Assembly: GCA_963695555.1 (NCBI GenBank)
Contig: CAVOGR010000005.1
Location: 416,001 to 480,000 of the forward strand
Length of the DNA stretch: 64,000 nt
Reading direction: 5' to 3'
From: an uncultured Gemmatimonadales bacterium
Lineage (GTDB): Bacteria > Gemmatimonadota > Gemmatimonadetes > Gemmatimonadales > GWC2-71-9
Part shown: positions 34,140 to 44,230 of the stretch, piece after piece
How positions within the stretch are numbered: position 1 is the first letter of the stretch
How the letters are laid out: each line of letters starts with the position of its first letter
The notes under the pieces: generated by a model
The model's database searches: none
Told to the model about the DNA's origin: nothing
What the model saw: the letters and a program-made list of their open reading frames with translations, nothing else
Program-made: the position numbers and the translations under genes

Positions 34140-35178
34140 GGCAAGGGCTGCCGGGCGGGTCGTCGCTCCCGGCGTCGATGCCGATCTCCGGCCAGCACGT
34201 CGTCGGCGACCGAGAAGTCCACCCAGTCGCCGAGGGTCGACCGGGGAGACGCCCTTGAAGTCCTCGGTCTTGTAGAGCCAGTCCTGGGTAAACTCCAGCT
34301 CCTGCCGGCTCATGCCGCCATTGATGCTCCAGCTGCCCTCGAAGCTCTCGGCCAGCATCTGCAGGTCCGCGGCCGTCAGGTTGCCGCCATAGGGCGCCAT
34401 CGCCTCCGCCCATGCGCCGGGATCGGCGTCGAAGTCGCGCGAGATCTTGACCAGCGCGCGCACCACCGCGACGACCTCGTCGCGCCGGTGGGCGAGTACG
34501 TCGGCGGACACCACGTTGACCTTGTTGACGACCGGCGCGGCCTCGTAGTAGGCGTCCTGCGAGAATCAGCACCGACAGCCCGGTCTTGTCGGGGATCGAC
34601 AGCCATACCCCGATCGACATGGTGGTCGCGTCGACCTGACCGGCGGCAAGCGCCTGGGCGCGCACGGAGGGCTGGCCCAGCGTGACGACGTTGAGCGTGG
34701 CCATGTCGACCCCCTCGCCGGCCATCACTTTCGCGCTCAGCGAATGGTCGAGGCTGCCGATGCGCCCCACGCCGAAGCTATGGCCGGCCAGGTCTGCCGG
34801 TGTGGCGATGTCGGACCTGGCCGCGATCAGGAACGGCAGCGACTTGTTGGGGGAGGTGACTGCCCGCAGCGGCGACGCGCCCTGGGCGACGAGTTGCAGA
34901 ACGCCATCGACCGAGACGTTGGCCATTTCGCCCTCACCGGCCAGGATCGCCGCCAGTGCCGAGGGCGTCTGCTGTACGCGGACCAGTTCGACCTCGACGC
35001 CCTCGCGCTCGAAGTAGCCGAGCTCCAGGGCGAGATCCATGACCGAGTTGGGAACCAGCGGTGGCTCCAGGTGGGTCAGGATGAGGCGGAAAGGCTCGGC
35101 CGCCGCCATGCCGGCCGTGACCAATATCGCAACCGAGATCGTTGCCATCAGCGCAGTCAGGCGCCTGGTTCGCTTCAT
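34140..35178 (-). CDS. NitT/TauT (SsuA/THI5-like) ABC substrate-binding protein, frameshift near 34560
   Basis: Signal peptide, GYFEREGVEVEL and ALAAGQVDA. Confidence 0.85.
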
Positions 35179-35236
35179 TTCCAGTCCTCCCTTGGATTGG
35201 CCGGGCCGGCTCGACGGTCCGGCGGCCTTGCCCGTT

Positions 35237-35977
35237 TCACGTTGCCCCCCGCCAGCGGGCGAGGCGCGATTCCACGTGCCGGAGCGCTTCGGTCACCACC
35301 ACGCCAACGATCGCTAGGGTGATCACGACGACGAAGTACTCGGCCATCCGGAAGGTATTGCCGTAAATGGCGAGCAGGCCCCCAAGCCCGCTCACCGCAG
35401 TATAGAGCTCGGCGACCACCGTGTTGATGAGCCCGATGGTCGCGCCGAGCCGCATGCCGGTGACGATGAAGGGCAAGGCGCCTGGCAGCACAATGCTGGC
35501 GAAGATGCGCGGCCTGCCGGCCCCGGCCGACCGGGCCATTTCGACGAGCTCCTCGTCGGCCGCCAGCACGCCGGCATAGGTATTGATCAGGATCGGCATC
35601 AGCGCGCCCAGGAAGATGATGAAGATCTTCGCGTCGGTGCCGAGGCCCAGAACCACGATGATCAGCGGGATGAACGCGACACGCGGCGTGGCGGCGAGGG
35701 CGAAGACATAGACCTCGAGCGTCTTGCCCAGCAGCCGGAACCCGCCCATCAGCACCCCGATGGGAATGGCGCAGATCACTGCCAGCGCATAGCCGGAAAG
35801 ATAGACCTTGAGCGACGCCGCAAGGGCGGTCAGCAGCCGACCTTCGGCGATCAGCCGCCGGGCGGCCTCGAGCGTCGCCAGCGGAGTCGGCACGACATTG
35901 CGCCCGAACTCCTGGGCAGCGAGCGTCCAGAGCGCCAGCAGCATAGCCAGGAACCCCAGACGGTAGACCAGGATCAT
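35237..35977 (-). CDS. NitT/TauT ABC permease
   Basis: PRVAFIPL, EMARSAGA and LPGALPFI..GMRLG. Confidence 0.9.
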   Translation of the reverse strand: MILVYRLGFLAMLLALWTLAAQEFGRNVVPTPLATLEAARRLIAEGRLLTALAASLKVYLSGYALAVICAIPIGVLMGGFRLLGKTLEVYVFALAATPRVAFIPLIIVVLGLGTDAKIFIIFLGALMPILINTYAGVLAADEELVEMARSAGAGRPRIFASIVLPGALPFIVTGMRLGATIGLINTVVAELYTAVSGLGGLLAIYGNTFRMAEYFVVVITLAIVGVVVTEALRHVESRLARWRGAT

Positions 35978-36121
35978 CCGCTCCCCTCTCTCACGCGCCC
36001 GCACCGGCGGGGCGCGCACGCTGCGAGCGCCATAGGCAGCTGGCCGGCCCACTGCCGGATCGCATCCGGGCCGCATACGCGACCCGGGCGCTTCACTATG
36101 TCAGTTTCGGCGCCGGGCGCA

Positions 36122-36874
36122 CTACCTTCTTGAGTGGCTTTCAGGTCGCCCGTGCGTGTCGCAGGTCCGGTTCCAGGCTGGTCGGTGTGTTGTCCGCCCG
36201 GCGGACCGGTCGCCGCCACCCCCTGCCCTATCGGGTGCCGCGGCTAACCGTGCCGGAATGAGCCCGCGCAGCGCGTTGCCCACAAAGAGCTGCGCCCGCC
36301 CGAGGTCTTCCAATGCCAGCAGCCCCTCGCGAGCGCGGCCCAGCGCCAGCATCTCGGCCCGCAGAACGCCGGGAAGCAGGCCGCAGTCCAGCGGCGGCGT
36401 GACCAGCCCGTCGCCCAGGTCCGCGAAGACCGTGGTGATCGCTCCTTCGCAGACCTCGCCGCGCTCGTTGAGGAATACCGCCTCGTCCACGCCCGCCGGC
36501 AAGGCCGCCCGAGCGGCATCGTAGGCCCGCCGCACGGTGGTCTTGACCCGCAACCAGGGGTCGTCCGAACGCAGCCGGGCGTCCGCCACCACCAGCGTCC
36601 AATGCGCACTTCCAGCACCCAGCGGCGTCCAAACCGCCTCCACTGTGCCTTCCGGCGCCAGCGTCAGCCGCACACGCAACGGCTCCGCCCCGGTCACGCG
36701 CGCCAACGCCCTGGCAACTGCCTTCCGGTCGAACGGAAACTCCAGCGTCGCCGCACCGGCCGCCATTCGCGCGACATGCGCCGGCAGACGCAGGAAGCCT
36801 GCAGCCGGATCCCACCGGAAGGTCTCGATCAGCCTCAACCCCGGGGGGTAAGGTCCGCGAAGCGCGCTTTCCAC
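36122..36874 (-). CDS. pabC: Aminotransferase class IV / 4-amino-4-deoxychorismate lyase
   Basis: LIETF, KTTVRRAYD, NERGEVCEG, GLLPGVLR and GNALRG; follows pabB. Confidence 0.85.
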   Translation of the reverse strand: MESALRGPYPPGLRLIETFRWDPAAGFLRLPAHVARMAAGAATLEFPFDRKAVARALARVTGAEPLRVRLTLAPEGTVEAVWTPLGAGSAHWTLVVADARLRSDDPWLRVKTTVRRAYDAARAALPAGVDEAVFLNERGEVCEGAITTVFADLGDGLVTPPLDCGLLPGVLRAEMLALGRAREGLLALEDLGRAQLFVGNALRGLIPARLAAAPDRAGGGGDRSAGRTTHRPAWNRTCDTHGRPESHSRR

Positions 36875-37962
36875 AGGGCCTCCTCGTATTCCGATCGGGC
36901 GGAGGAATCTGCCACCACCCCGCCCCCGACATTCAGCACCGCCTCGCCACCAGGGCGAAGCGCCAGCGTGCGGATCGCCACGTTGAACGAGGCACGCCCG
37001 TCCGGCGCCGCCCAGCCGATTGCCCCGCAATAGGCGTCTCGAGGCTGCGGCTCCAGTTCGCGGATGATCTCCATGGCGCGCAGCTTCGGCGCCCCCGTCA
37101 CCGAGCCGCAGGGAAAGAGCGCCGCGAGTATCCGCGACAGCGCCGTGCCCGGCAGCAACCGACCGGTCACGCGGCTGACCATCTGATGCACGGTGGCGTA
37201 GCTCTCCACCGCGAAAAGCTCGGGCACCTTGACCGAACCCGCCTCGGCGATCCGGGAGATGTCGTTGCGCAAGAGATCAACGATCATAAGGTTTTCCGCG
37301 CGGTTTTTCACATCACTTGCCAACCCGTCCCGAAGAGAGGCGTCGCGCGCAGGGTCGGCGTCGCGCGGTGCCGTGCCCTTCATGGGGCGCGCCTCGATCC
37401 CGCCGGCGCCATCCAGCGCGAAGAACAGCTCCGGCGACCGCGACACCAGCACCACCCCCGGCAGGCATACCAGCGCCCCGTGCCCCACGGGCTGGCGCTC
37501 GGCCAGCGCCGCATGGATCGCCGCGGGGTCGCCCGACCACGATCCGCGCAGCGGCATGGTCAGGTTCGCCTGATAGATGTCGCCGGCCGTGATGTAGTCC
37601 GCCACCCGGTCGAAGGCCGCTCGGTAGGTATCGAAGTCCCAGTCTGCCCGGAACGCCCCGAGCAACCCCCCTGGCCGGCGCCGCGCCACCGGCCCCGGCG
37701 GCCCGAAGATCCCGAACTCCAGGAGTGGCATCCGCCGCCCGGCCGGCATAAGCGCTGCCAGCCGCGGCTCGAAGGTATAGCCCAGTTCGTACGAGGCATA
37801 GCCCGCTATCCAGGCACCTGAAGCCAACGCAAAGTCGAGCATGGCCAGCGCCCCAGGCACTGACGCGGGGCTCTGGGCGGAGATCACCCGCGCCGGCTGT
37901 GCGAACCTTGCAGGCATGCCGGCAGGCCCGTGATCGAACTCGATGAAGGGCTCCGTCGCCAC
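36835..37962 (-). CDS. pabB: Aminodeoxychorismate synthase component I
   Basis: GDIYQANLT, SPELFF, PMKGT, AENLMIVDLLRND and FPCGSVTGAPK. Confidence 0.92.
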   Translation of the reverse strand: MATEPFIEFDHGPAGMPARFAQPARVISAQSPASVPGALAMLDFALASGAWIAGYASYELGYTFEPRLAALMPAGRRMPLLEFGIFGPPGPVARRRPGGLLGAFRADWDFDTYRAAFDRVADYITAGDIYQANLTMPLRGSWSGDPAAIHAALAERQPVGHGALVCLPGVVLVSRSPELFFALDGAGGIEARPMKGTAPRDADPARDASLRDGLASDVKNRAENLMIVDLLRNDISRIAEAGSVKVPELFAVESYATVHQMVSRVTGRLLPGTALSRILAALFPCGSVTGAPKLRAMEIIRELEPQPRDAYCGAIGWAAPDGRASFNVAIRTLALRPGGEAVLNVGGGVVADSSARSEYEEALWKARFADLTPRG

Positions 37963-38071
37963 CTGAACGCCCGCTGCTGCCGTCCGGCGCCTGATGGGCC
38001 GCGCGCGCGGGGAGGTCAATGGTCGCCTGGAGCCCCCGCCCGCAGTTGACGCCGGCCAGCGCCCCAGTGGC

Positions 38072-38752
38072 CTACTCGAATAGCGAACCCTCGATGCCCT
38101 CGCCGGTGAGGCGCTCGTACATGTGCTGGTTCCAGTAGGGCGTCCAGCAGACCAGCGCCTTGCCGGTGCCCGAGTAGACCCGCAGGCGCCGCTGGCCGGA
38201 GATGAGGTTGCGCGGGAAAGCAGCCGAGCGCTGCGAGGAGAACTTCAGCCCCGCGGTGCGACCCAGCACCAGCCGGCCCTGCACGCGCAACTCGCCATCG
38301 GCCACGTCCACCGTCTCCACCGGCCCGGGCGCGTTCATGGCGACCAGGCCCTCGCCCGAAACCGTCGTCTTCCAGGCAAAGAACCCGTCGCCCGCCCAGA
38401 GGCTCGGGAACATCCGCTCGCGGTAGAGGCCGAGCGCCACCCCGCCCTCCGAGGCCCAGTAGACGCCGGGTTCCAGGATCCATTGCTCGCCGGGGTCGAC
38501 TTGCAGGACGTGGTAGCCCCCCAGCGAGGGCTGCAGCAGGATCGAGCCGGTGCCGGCGTAGAACGGGCGCACCCGCGCCTCGCTGGTGAAGATGGCGCGG
38601 AACACGTCGCCGGCCAAAGGCAGCCGCGGGGTGAGCGTAATCGTCCCCCGCATAGTCGACATGGCACCCCGTCGCGCCCGCACCGTCTCGTCGCGCAGGT
38701 CGATGCGCACCTGGCGCATCCCCTCGACCTCGCGGATGGTGAACTCGGCCAT
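38072..38752 (-). CDS. AIM24 family protein
   Basis: ETVRARRGAM..MRG, YAGTG.ILLQP, GDGFF and YSGTG repeat pattern. Confidence 0.8.
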   Translation of the reverse strand: MAEFTIREVEGMRQVRIDLRDETVRARRGAMSTMRGTITLTPRLPLAGDVFRAIFTSEARVRPFYAGTGSILLQPSLGGYHVLQVDPGEQWILEPGVYWASEGGVALGLYRERMFPSLWAGDGFFAWKTTVSGEGLVAMNAPGPVETVDVADGELRVQGRLVLGRTAGLKFSSQRSAAFPRNLISGQRRLRVYSGTGKALVCWTPYWNQHMYERLTGEGIEGSLFE

Positions 38753-38758
38753 GGAGCG

Positions 38759-39560
38759 TCAGTTCAGCGGCTCGTCCCAGACCATTGCCCGCTCCCAGAG
38801 GAGTTCGAGCGGCCTGGGACTGAGACCCGATTCCCCGCGCAGCGGCCGGTCGAGGGTCACGATGACAAAGAGGATCACGCCAAGGAAGAAGGCGGTCAGC
38901 GTTCCGAGCACGAAATGCTGGAGCTGGCGCATCTTCAGCATGATCAGGAGCAAGAGGTTGATTGCCGCCCCCACCAGCACCGCGTACCAGAGCACGTCGG
39001 GGATCTCGGTGATGACCCCAGTCAGCCTCCGCTGGCGCGCGCTCGAGAAGTCCTGGAAAGCCGCGACCACCTCGGCATGGATGATGTCCTCGCCGCGGGT
39101 GAAGGGCTCGAACTGCGCCAGCTCCTGTCGCATCGCGTCGGTGCGGTTGAAGCCGCCGTTCAGGACCTCGCCCGTCCGATGCGCCGGCCAGTCCTTGTAA
39201 ATCGTAAAGAGCACATAGTCGCGCAGCATCAGCTTCATGTTTGAGCGGGTCGGCTCGGGATAGGAGTTCATGTCGGCATAGAGCGATCCCAGCGTGGTCG
39301 AACTCGTTGAGGATGGCCTCCCGGATCCGTTCGTTGTTCTGATAGGCCGCCACCGTCAGCAAGCCGAGGAGCAGCCCGTAGAACAGGCTGAAGCCGTTGG
39401 TCGCCTGGCCGATCGTCTGATTGAAGTCCGGTCCGGTGCCGAGCAGAAGCCGCAGGAGCGGCTTGATCACCAGCACCCCCAGCAGCATCAGCGCAACGGC
39501 GGCGAGCGAGAAATAGATCGCCAGCGTCCGCGTCGGGATGTCGTAGATGAAGTCGGGCAT
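38759..39560 (-). CDS. DUF4239 / bestrophin-like membrane protein, frameshift near 39300
   Basis: FSLFYGLLLGLLTVAAYQN, LRDY....IYKDWP, RQRRL and LDRPLRG. Confidence 0.75.
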
Positions 39561-39709
39561 CGTCTCCCCGCCCGGGCCCTTGCCAGCTCGCCCCGCCGGC
39601 CGGAGAATGACCGGTATCGCGCTGTCCGGCAACCGGATAGAGTGAGCGCGGACCCGAACCTTGGGAGTGGTCCGATCGGCCGGCCGAGATTTCACAATGG
39701 GGTTCCGCA

Positions 39710-40669
39710 ATGCGCCACTTGCTCATCGCCATATGCCTCCTGGCTGCTTCGGCTTCCGCTGCCCGCGCTCAGCAGCCGATGCAGCTCTTCACGATCGGTT
39801 CCGGTGACATCGGCGGCAGCTACTATGCAGCGGCGGGTGCGCTCTGCGCGAACTTGAACCGCAACGCTAGGGGCGTTCTGCGATGCAGCCCCGAACCGAC
39901 CTCGGGCTCGCTCTACAACCTCACCATGTTGGGGGAGGGCGAGCTCGACTTCGCCTTCGCCCAATCCGACTGGCAACAGATCGCCTATGAGGGTGGCGGC
40001 CCGCTTGCGGGAGGCGCGCCAATGACCGGGCTGCGCAGCGTCATGGCGCTCTATCCCGAGATGATGACAGTCATTGCCCGCCGTGACGCCGGCATAGCCG
40101 GGACGGCCGACCTGCTCGGCAAGCGCATCGACATCGGCCAGCCGGGCTCGGGCCGCAACGCCTCGTTAAGCCGGCTCCTGGCGGCGCTCGACATCGATCG
40201 GACGGATTTCGCCGAGCTCGCGGAACTGCCCTCGGCGAGCGCCCTCGAAGAGCTCTGCGCCGGGCGGCTCGACGCGAGCGTCCTGATCGTGGGCCACCCC
40301 AACGACACCGTCACCAGGGTGCTCACCGAATGCGACGTCGAGCTCGTGCCCATCGACGGACCGGCGGTGACCGAGGCACTTACGACCATGGGGGAATTGA
40401 CGCAGAGCACCATCCCCGCCGGATCCTATCCCAGGCTGGAATCCGACGTTCAGACCTACGCGGTCATCGCAACGATCGTGACAGACATGCATACCGATCC
40501 CGCCATCGTGCGCAGCTTCGTCGCCGCGGCGCTCGCCGATCTGCCGGAACTGGCGGCCAGTGCCCCGGTACTCGCCGGGATGACCCCGGAAACCATGCGT
40601 AGCGCAGGGCTTACTGCCCCGCTGCACCCTGGCGCCGAGGCCGCCTTCGACGCCGCCGCGGAAAACTGA
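39710..40669 (+). CDS. TAXI family TRAP solute-binding protein
   Basis: TIGSG..GGSYY, GSLYNL, AQSD, GQPGSG and PLHPGA. Confidence 0.92.
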   Translation: MRHLLIAICLLAASASAARAQQPMQLFTIGSGDIGGSYYAAAGALCANLNRNARGVLRCSPEPTSGSLYNLTMLGEGELDFAFAQSDWQQIAYEGGGPLAGGAPMTGLRSVMALYPEMMTVIARRDAGIAGTADLLGKRIDIGQPGSGRNASLSRLLAALDIDRTDFAELAELPSASALEELCAGRLDASVLIVGHPNDTVTRVLTECDVELVPIDGPAVTEALTTMGELTQSTIPAGSYPRLESDVQTYAVIATIVTDMHTDPAIVRSFVAAALADLPELAASAPVLAGMTPETMRSAGLTAPLHPGAEAAFDAAAEN

Positions 40670-40702
40670 CGGCCAGGCCGGCACCGCAGAATGCAGCGGG
40701 GG

Positions 40703-41326
40703 TCAGCGCAGCGCGACGGCACCGTGATAGAAGAAGCTGCCTAGCCCGCTAGTGAAGATGATCGCCCCGCAAGCCGCGTGCAGCACCACCGCCAGCGCGA
40801 AGCCGCCGCGACCCAGATAGGCCTGCGCGAAGATCACGCCGCCGGCGACGGTCAGCGCCAGCGCCACCCAGTTCCAGAACATCAGGTGCGCGAGCCCGAA
40901 CGTGAACCCGTTCGCTGCCACGGCCAGCCGCCGGTCGGGGAAGAGAGCGCCGTAGCGGCGGAAGAACAGCGGCCGGAACAGCAGCTCCTGCGGCAGCGCC
41001 GAGACGATGGGGTAGAGCAGCAGGATCATCAGCCACAGCCCGGTGGCCCGTCGCGGAAGCGCCAGCGCCTGCCATGGCACGAGCCACCAGACCAGAACCC
41101 CGGCGATCACCGCCGTTCCCGCGGCCACCAGAGCCACGTACCGCCAGTCGACCCTGCCCCAGCCGCGCCAGAGCTCGCTCCAGGCGAAGCCCGGGGTCAG
41201 TGCCAGCAGCACGAGCGCAAGCGCCGTTGCGCCCAACAGCACCGGCCACAGCCAGGCGGGAGGTAGTACCAGCGCCAGCACCAGCGGCAGCCCAAGATAG
41301 AGCACCGCAAATTCCGCCGCCCGCAT
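40703..41326 (-). CDS. CPBP/Abi intramembrane metalloprotease
   Basis: SALPQELLFR, FGLAH and LHA motifs. Confidence 0.88.
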   Translation of the reverse strand: MRAAEFAVLYLGLPLVLALVLPPAWLWPVLLGATALALVLLALTPGFAWSELWRGWGRVDWRYVALVAAGTAVIAGVLVWWLVPWQALALPRRATGLWLMILLLYPIVSALPQELLFRPLFFRRYGALFPDRRLAVAANGFTFGLAHLMFWNWVALALTVAGGVIFAQAYLGRGGFALAVVLHAACGAIIFTSGLGSFFYHGAVALR

Positions 41327-41340
41327 CGCCGCGTCGCGCG

Positions 41341-41833
41341 TCACGATCCGCCAGCCATCCGAACCGTCGGCTCGACCTGACCGATCAGCGGCGGACCGCA
41401 GGCGAGCGGCGCGTCCGATACCTCGGTCATCACCTGGAGGAACCCCGAGTCCGATCCGTCGTCGGTCTGCTGGATGACCAGCGCGGAACTCCCGCTGCGC
41501 ACGTGCCGGAAGCAGACGGTGCCCTCGCCCTCCCAGTGAAAGCAGTAGCGCGGTCGGGCATAGTCCCACGTCCCTCGAAAACAGGTGCCATCGCGGAACT
41601 GCAGCGAAACGCGGTTGCCGCCGGGATGGTATTGCTCCAGGGCGAAGAGCTCGCCATCCAGTGTGCGGTAGGTCAGCGTCCGGCCCGCCGCCATGGCGAT
41701 CCACTGCTCGACGGGTATGTCCTTGCCGTCCGGAACCTTCTCGATCGGCGAGCCGGCGCCCGCCGGGATCGCCGACACCCATGAGGGCGGCGGCCAGCCA
41801 GATCGGGCGCATCATGGAGCGGATCCTCGACAT
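41341..41833 (-). CDS. Hypothetical secreted protein, frameshift near 41780
   Basis: Signal-like N-terminus; GRTLTY...EQY.PGG...DGTC..G.W...YCF.W pattern. Confidence 0.6.
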
Positions 41834-41895
41834 CCCCGAAATCTAGGGCGGAAGTGCTGCTTGCGCCAGCCCCGCCCGCATCCGTCTGGCCCGTA

Positions 41896-41910
41896 TTAAC
41901 CATATGTTAC
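41896..41910 (+). promoter_or_regulatory. CtrA-like binding site
   Basis: TTAA-CCATATG-TTAC (TTAA-N7-TTAA with 1 mismatch; contains TTAACCAT), 25 bp upstream of the nuclease ATG. Confidence 0.55.
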
Positions 41911-41935
41911 ACACTCGCCGCGCCTGATAGGCGCC

Positions 41936-42676
41936 ATGACGCATGGAGCGTACCGAAGGTTGCGCACATCGCTCACAGCGGGCGCGCTGGCGGCGATTCT
42001 CGCCGGCGCTGCGCCGGCCGCCGAGCCATTGCGCGGAACGGCATATGTTCTCGACGGCGACACGCTGGAGCTTGGCCACCTGCGCATCCGCCTGCACGGC
42101 GTCGATGCACCCGAGCTCGACCAGACCTGCGGCACTGCCGACGGCGGCGACTGGCCTTGCGGCATCGCGGCCCGCGACCGGCTGGCGGCCCTCGTTGACG
42201 GCACCGAGATCGGCTGCCGTCCACGCGAGCGCGACGCCTTCGGCCGCGTGGTCGCCCGCTGTTTCGTGAACGGCGACGATCTCGGTGCGCGCCTCGTGGC
42301 CGAGGGTCTCGGCTGGGCCTACATCCGCTTCAGCCTCGCTTATGCCGAGGCGGAGGCCGGCGCGCGCGATGCCGGCCTCGGCATCTGGCAGGGCACCGCC
42401 GAAGCGGCCTGGCACTACCGCGCCGGTGGCTGGCGCCCCGCTGCCGGCCGCGCCGCCGTCACTCCCGCGCCCACCATTGTCGTCGATCCCGATGCCGCGC
42501 ACGACGGATGTGAAATCAAGGGCAACATCAACGCCCGCGGCGACCGCGTCTACCACCTGCCCGGTACGCGCTGGTACGCCCGCACCGTCATCGAACCCGC
42601 CAGCGGCGAGCGCTGGTTCTGCGACGCCGCGGACGCCGAGACCGCCGGCTGGCGGCCCGCCGCGGGGAGCCGCTGA
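41936..42676 (+). CDS. Thermonuclease (SNase) family protein with a C-terminal Cys/His domain (ExoI-like)
   Basis: DGDT, IRLHGVDAPE, D.FGR, GIWQG and C.IKGNI...YHLPG...GERWFC. Confidence 0.9.
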   Translation: MTHGAYRRLRTSLTAGALAAILAGAAPAAEPLRGTAYVLDGDTLELGHLRIRLHGVDAPELDQTCGTADGGDWPCGIAARDRLAALVDGTEIGCRPRERDAFGRVVARCFVNGDDLGARLVAEGLGWAYIRFSLAYAEAEAGARDAGLGIWQGTAEAAWHYRAGGWRPAAGRAAVTPAPTIVVDPDAAHDGCEIKGNINARGDRVYHLPGTRWYARTVIEPASGERWFCDAADAETAGWRPAAGSR

Positions 42677-42770
42677 CCGGCAGAATACCACGCTCGCGTG
42701 GTGAAGTGCCAAACTGAACCGAATGCCTCGGGTTCACCTGCTCACGTTAGCCCGTGGTGCGTGACTGTAT

Positions 42771-43760
42771 CTAGGCGCCTGCCGGGTCGGCGGATCCCCG
42801 CGGGCGGGACAGGCGGCGGATGCATCGGAAGCCGATGTGGCTCGTGCCGGTGTCCACCATCTGCGCGTGGCGTGCGGCGGGGCGATAGCGGCGGCAGTAG
42901 GAGGGCGCGCAGAGGAAGGAGCCCCCTTTGACCACGCGGCGCGGGATCGCGGTGCCGGGCTGGCTCGGGTCGTAGCTCGCCAACATCGTCGGACCGCGCG
43001 GGTTGTCGGCAGCACAGCAGGACGGCTTGTCGGGATTCGCCGGCGTGTGTTTCGCGGCGAACCAGTCGGTCGTCCATTCCCAGACGTTTCCGCAGACCTC
43101 ATAAAGGCCGTAGCCGTTGGGCGCATAGGACTTCACCGGGCAGGTGCCGGCATGGCCGTCCTCGGCGAGGTTCTGCCACGGAAAGGCGCCCTGCCAGGTA
43201 TTTGCCACGTGCCGGCCGCGCGGAACAAGCTCGTCGCCCCAGGCGAACTCGGCGCCCTCCAGCCCGCCGCGTGCGGCGAACTCCCATTCGGCCTCGGTAG
43301 GAAGCGCCTTGCCGGCCCAGGCGGCATAGGCTTCGGCATCCTCGTAGGCGACGTGGACCACGGGATGGTCCTTGCGGCCCTTGATCGAGCTGCCGGGGCC
43401 TTCGGGGTGGCGCCAGCACGCGCCGCTGACCCAGGACCACCACTGTCGGAAGTCCCTGGTGTCCACGGGACCAGCCGTCATGTGGAAGACGGTGCTGCCG
43501 GGCTGAAGCTCGTGGGGGGCGGCATTGGGATAGAGCGCGGGATCGAGGGGCCGCTCGGAAACGGTGACATGTCCGGTCGCGGCGACGAAAGCGGCGAACT
43601 GGCGGTTGGTCACCGGTGTCTCGTCCATCGCGAAGGGGGCGACCCGGACCCGGTGGGCGGGCGCCTCTTCGGGGTAGTGACGGTCCGAGCCCATGGTGAA
43701 GACGCCACCGGGGACGCGGCGCATATCCGAGTGCGCAGCCTGGCGGATCTGCCGGTTCAT
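42771..43760 (-). CDS. Formylglycine-generating enzyme family protein
   Basis: FTMGSD.HYPEE, LPTEAEWEFAARGG, GNVWEWT and GGSFLCAPSYCRRYR. Confidence 0.92.
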   Translation of the reverse strand: MNRQIRQAAHSDMRRVPGGVFTMGSDRHYPEEAPAHRVRVAPFAMDETPVTNRQFAAFVAATGHVTVSERPLDPALYPNAAPHELQPGSTVFHMTAGPVDTRDFRQWWSWVSGACWRHPEGPGSSIKGRKDHPVVHVAYEDAEAYAAWAGKALPTEAEWEFAARGGLEGAEFAWGDELVPRGRHVANTWQGAFPWQNLAEDGHAGTCPVKSYAPNGYGLYEVCGNVWEWTTDWFAAKHTPANPDKPSCCAADNPRGPTMLASYDPSQPGTAIPRRVVKGGSFLCAPSYCRRYRPAARHAQMVDTGTSHIGFRCIRRLSRPRGSADPAGA

Positions 43761-44230
43761 GCGGGCCCTCCCTGAGCCGGGCGCGCGGCGGCCGCGCGAT
43801 GGCCGAGTATGTGGCGCACCTCGACCGGAGGCAAGGTGCGCGCGGCGCGCCATGCACTCCTCGTTTGATCAGGCCTTGATTGATCATGGGGCGCGGGGAT
43901 TCCGGCATGCGAAATCCAGACAACTCATTGATGTTGCTTCAAGTTGTCCAGGACGTTCACAGCTGGAAACCATTGTTCGCGTTTGGACTCCCGGAGACCA
44001 GCATCTTGTCGCCCAGAGGGCAGCTCGGTACGCGTACCACAAGATATTGGGTAAGGAATCGCGCGCCCCACTGGCGCGCGAACGCCTCGATCAGCCGGCA
44101 TCCGTATCGGTCGAGTGCGATACCGGCTGAAGCGGCACATGCCAGGGAATCGAAACCTGCTGCTCTCCCCACCGCGCGGTCAGGGTTTGGCTCCGTTGTC
44201 GTCCCGCGGCGCGGCGGCCGACAAGGCCCT

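Noticed and set aside
43880..44230. Possible small gene or AraC-type remnant
   Set aside because: No convincing motif or start signal in any frame.
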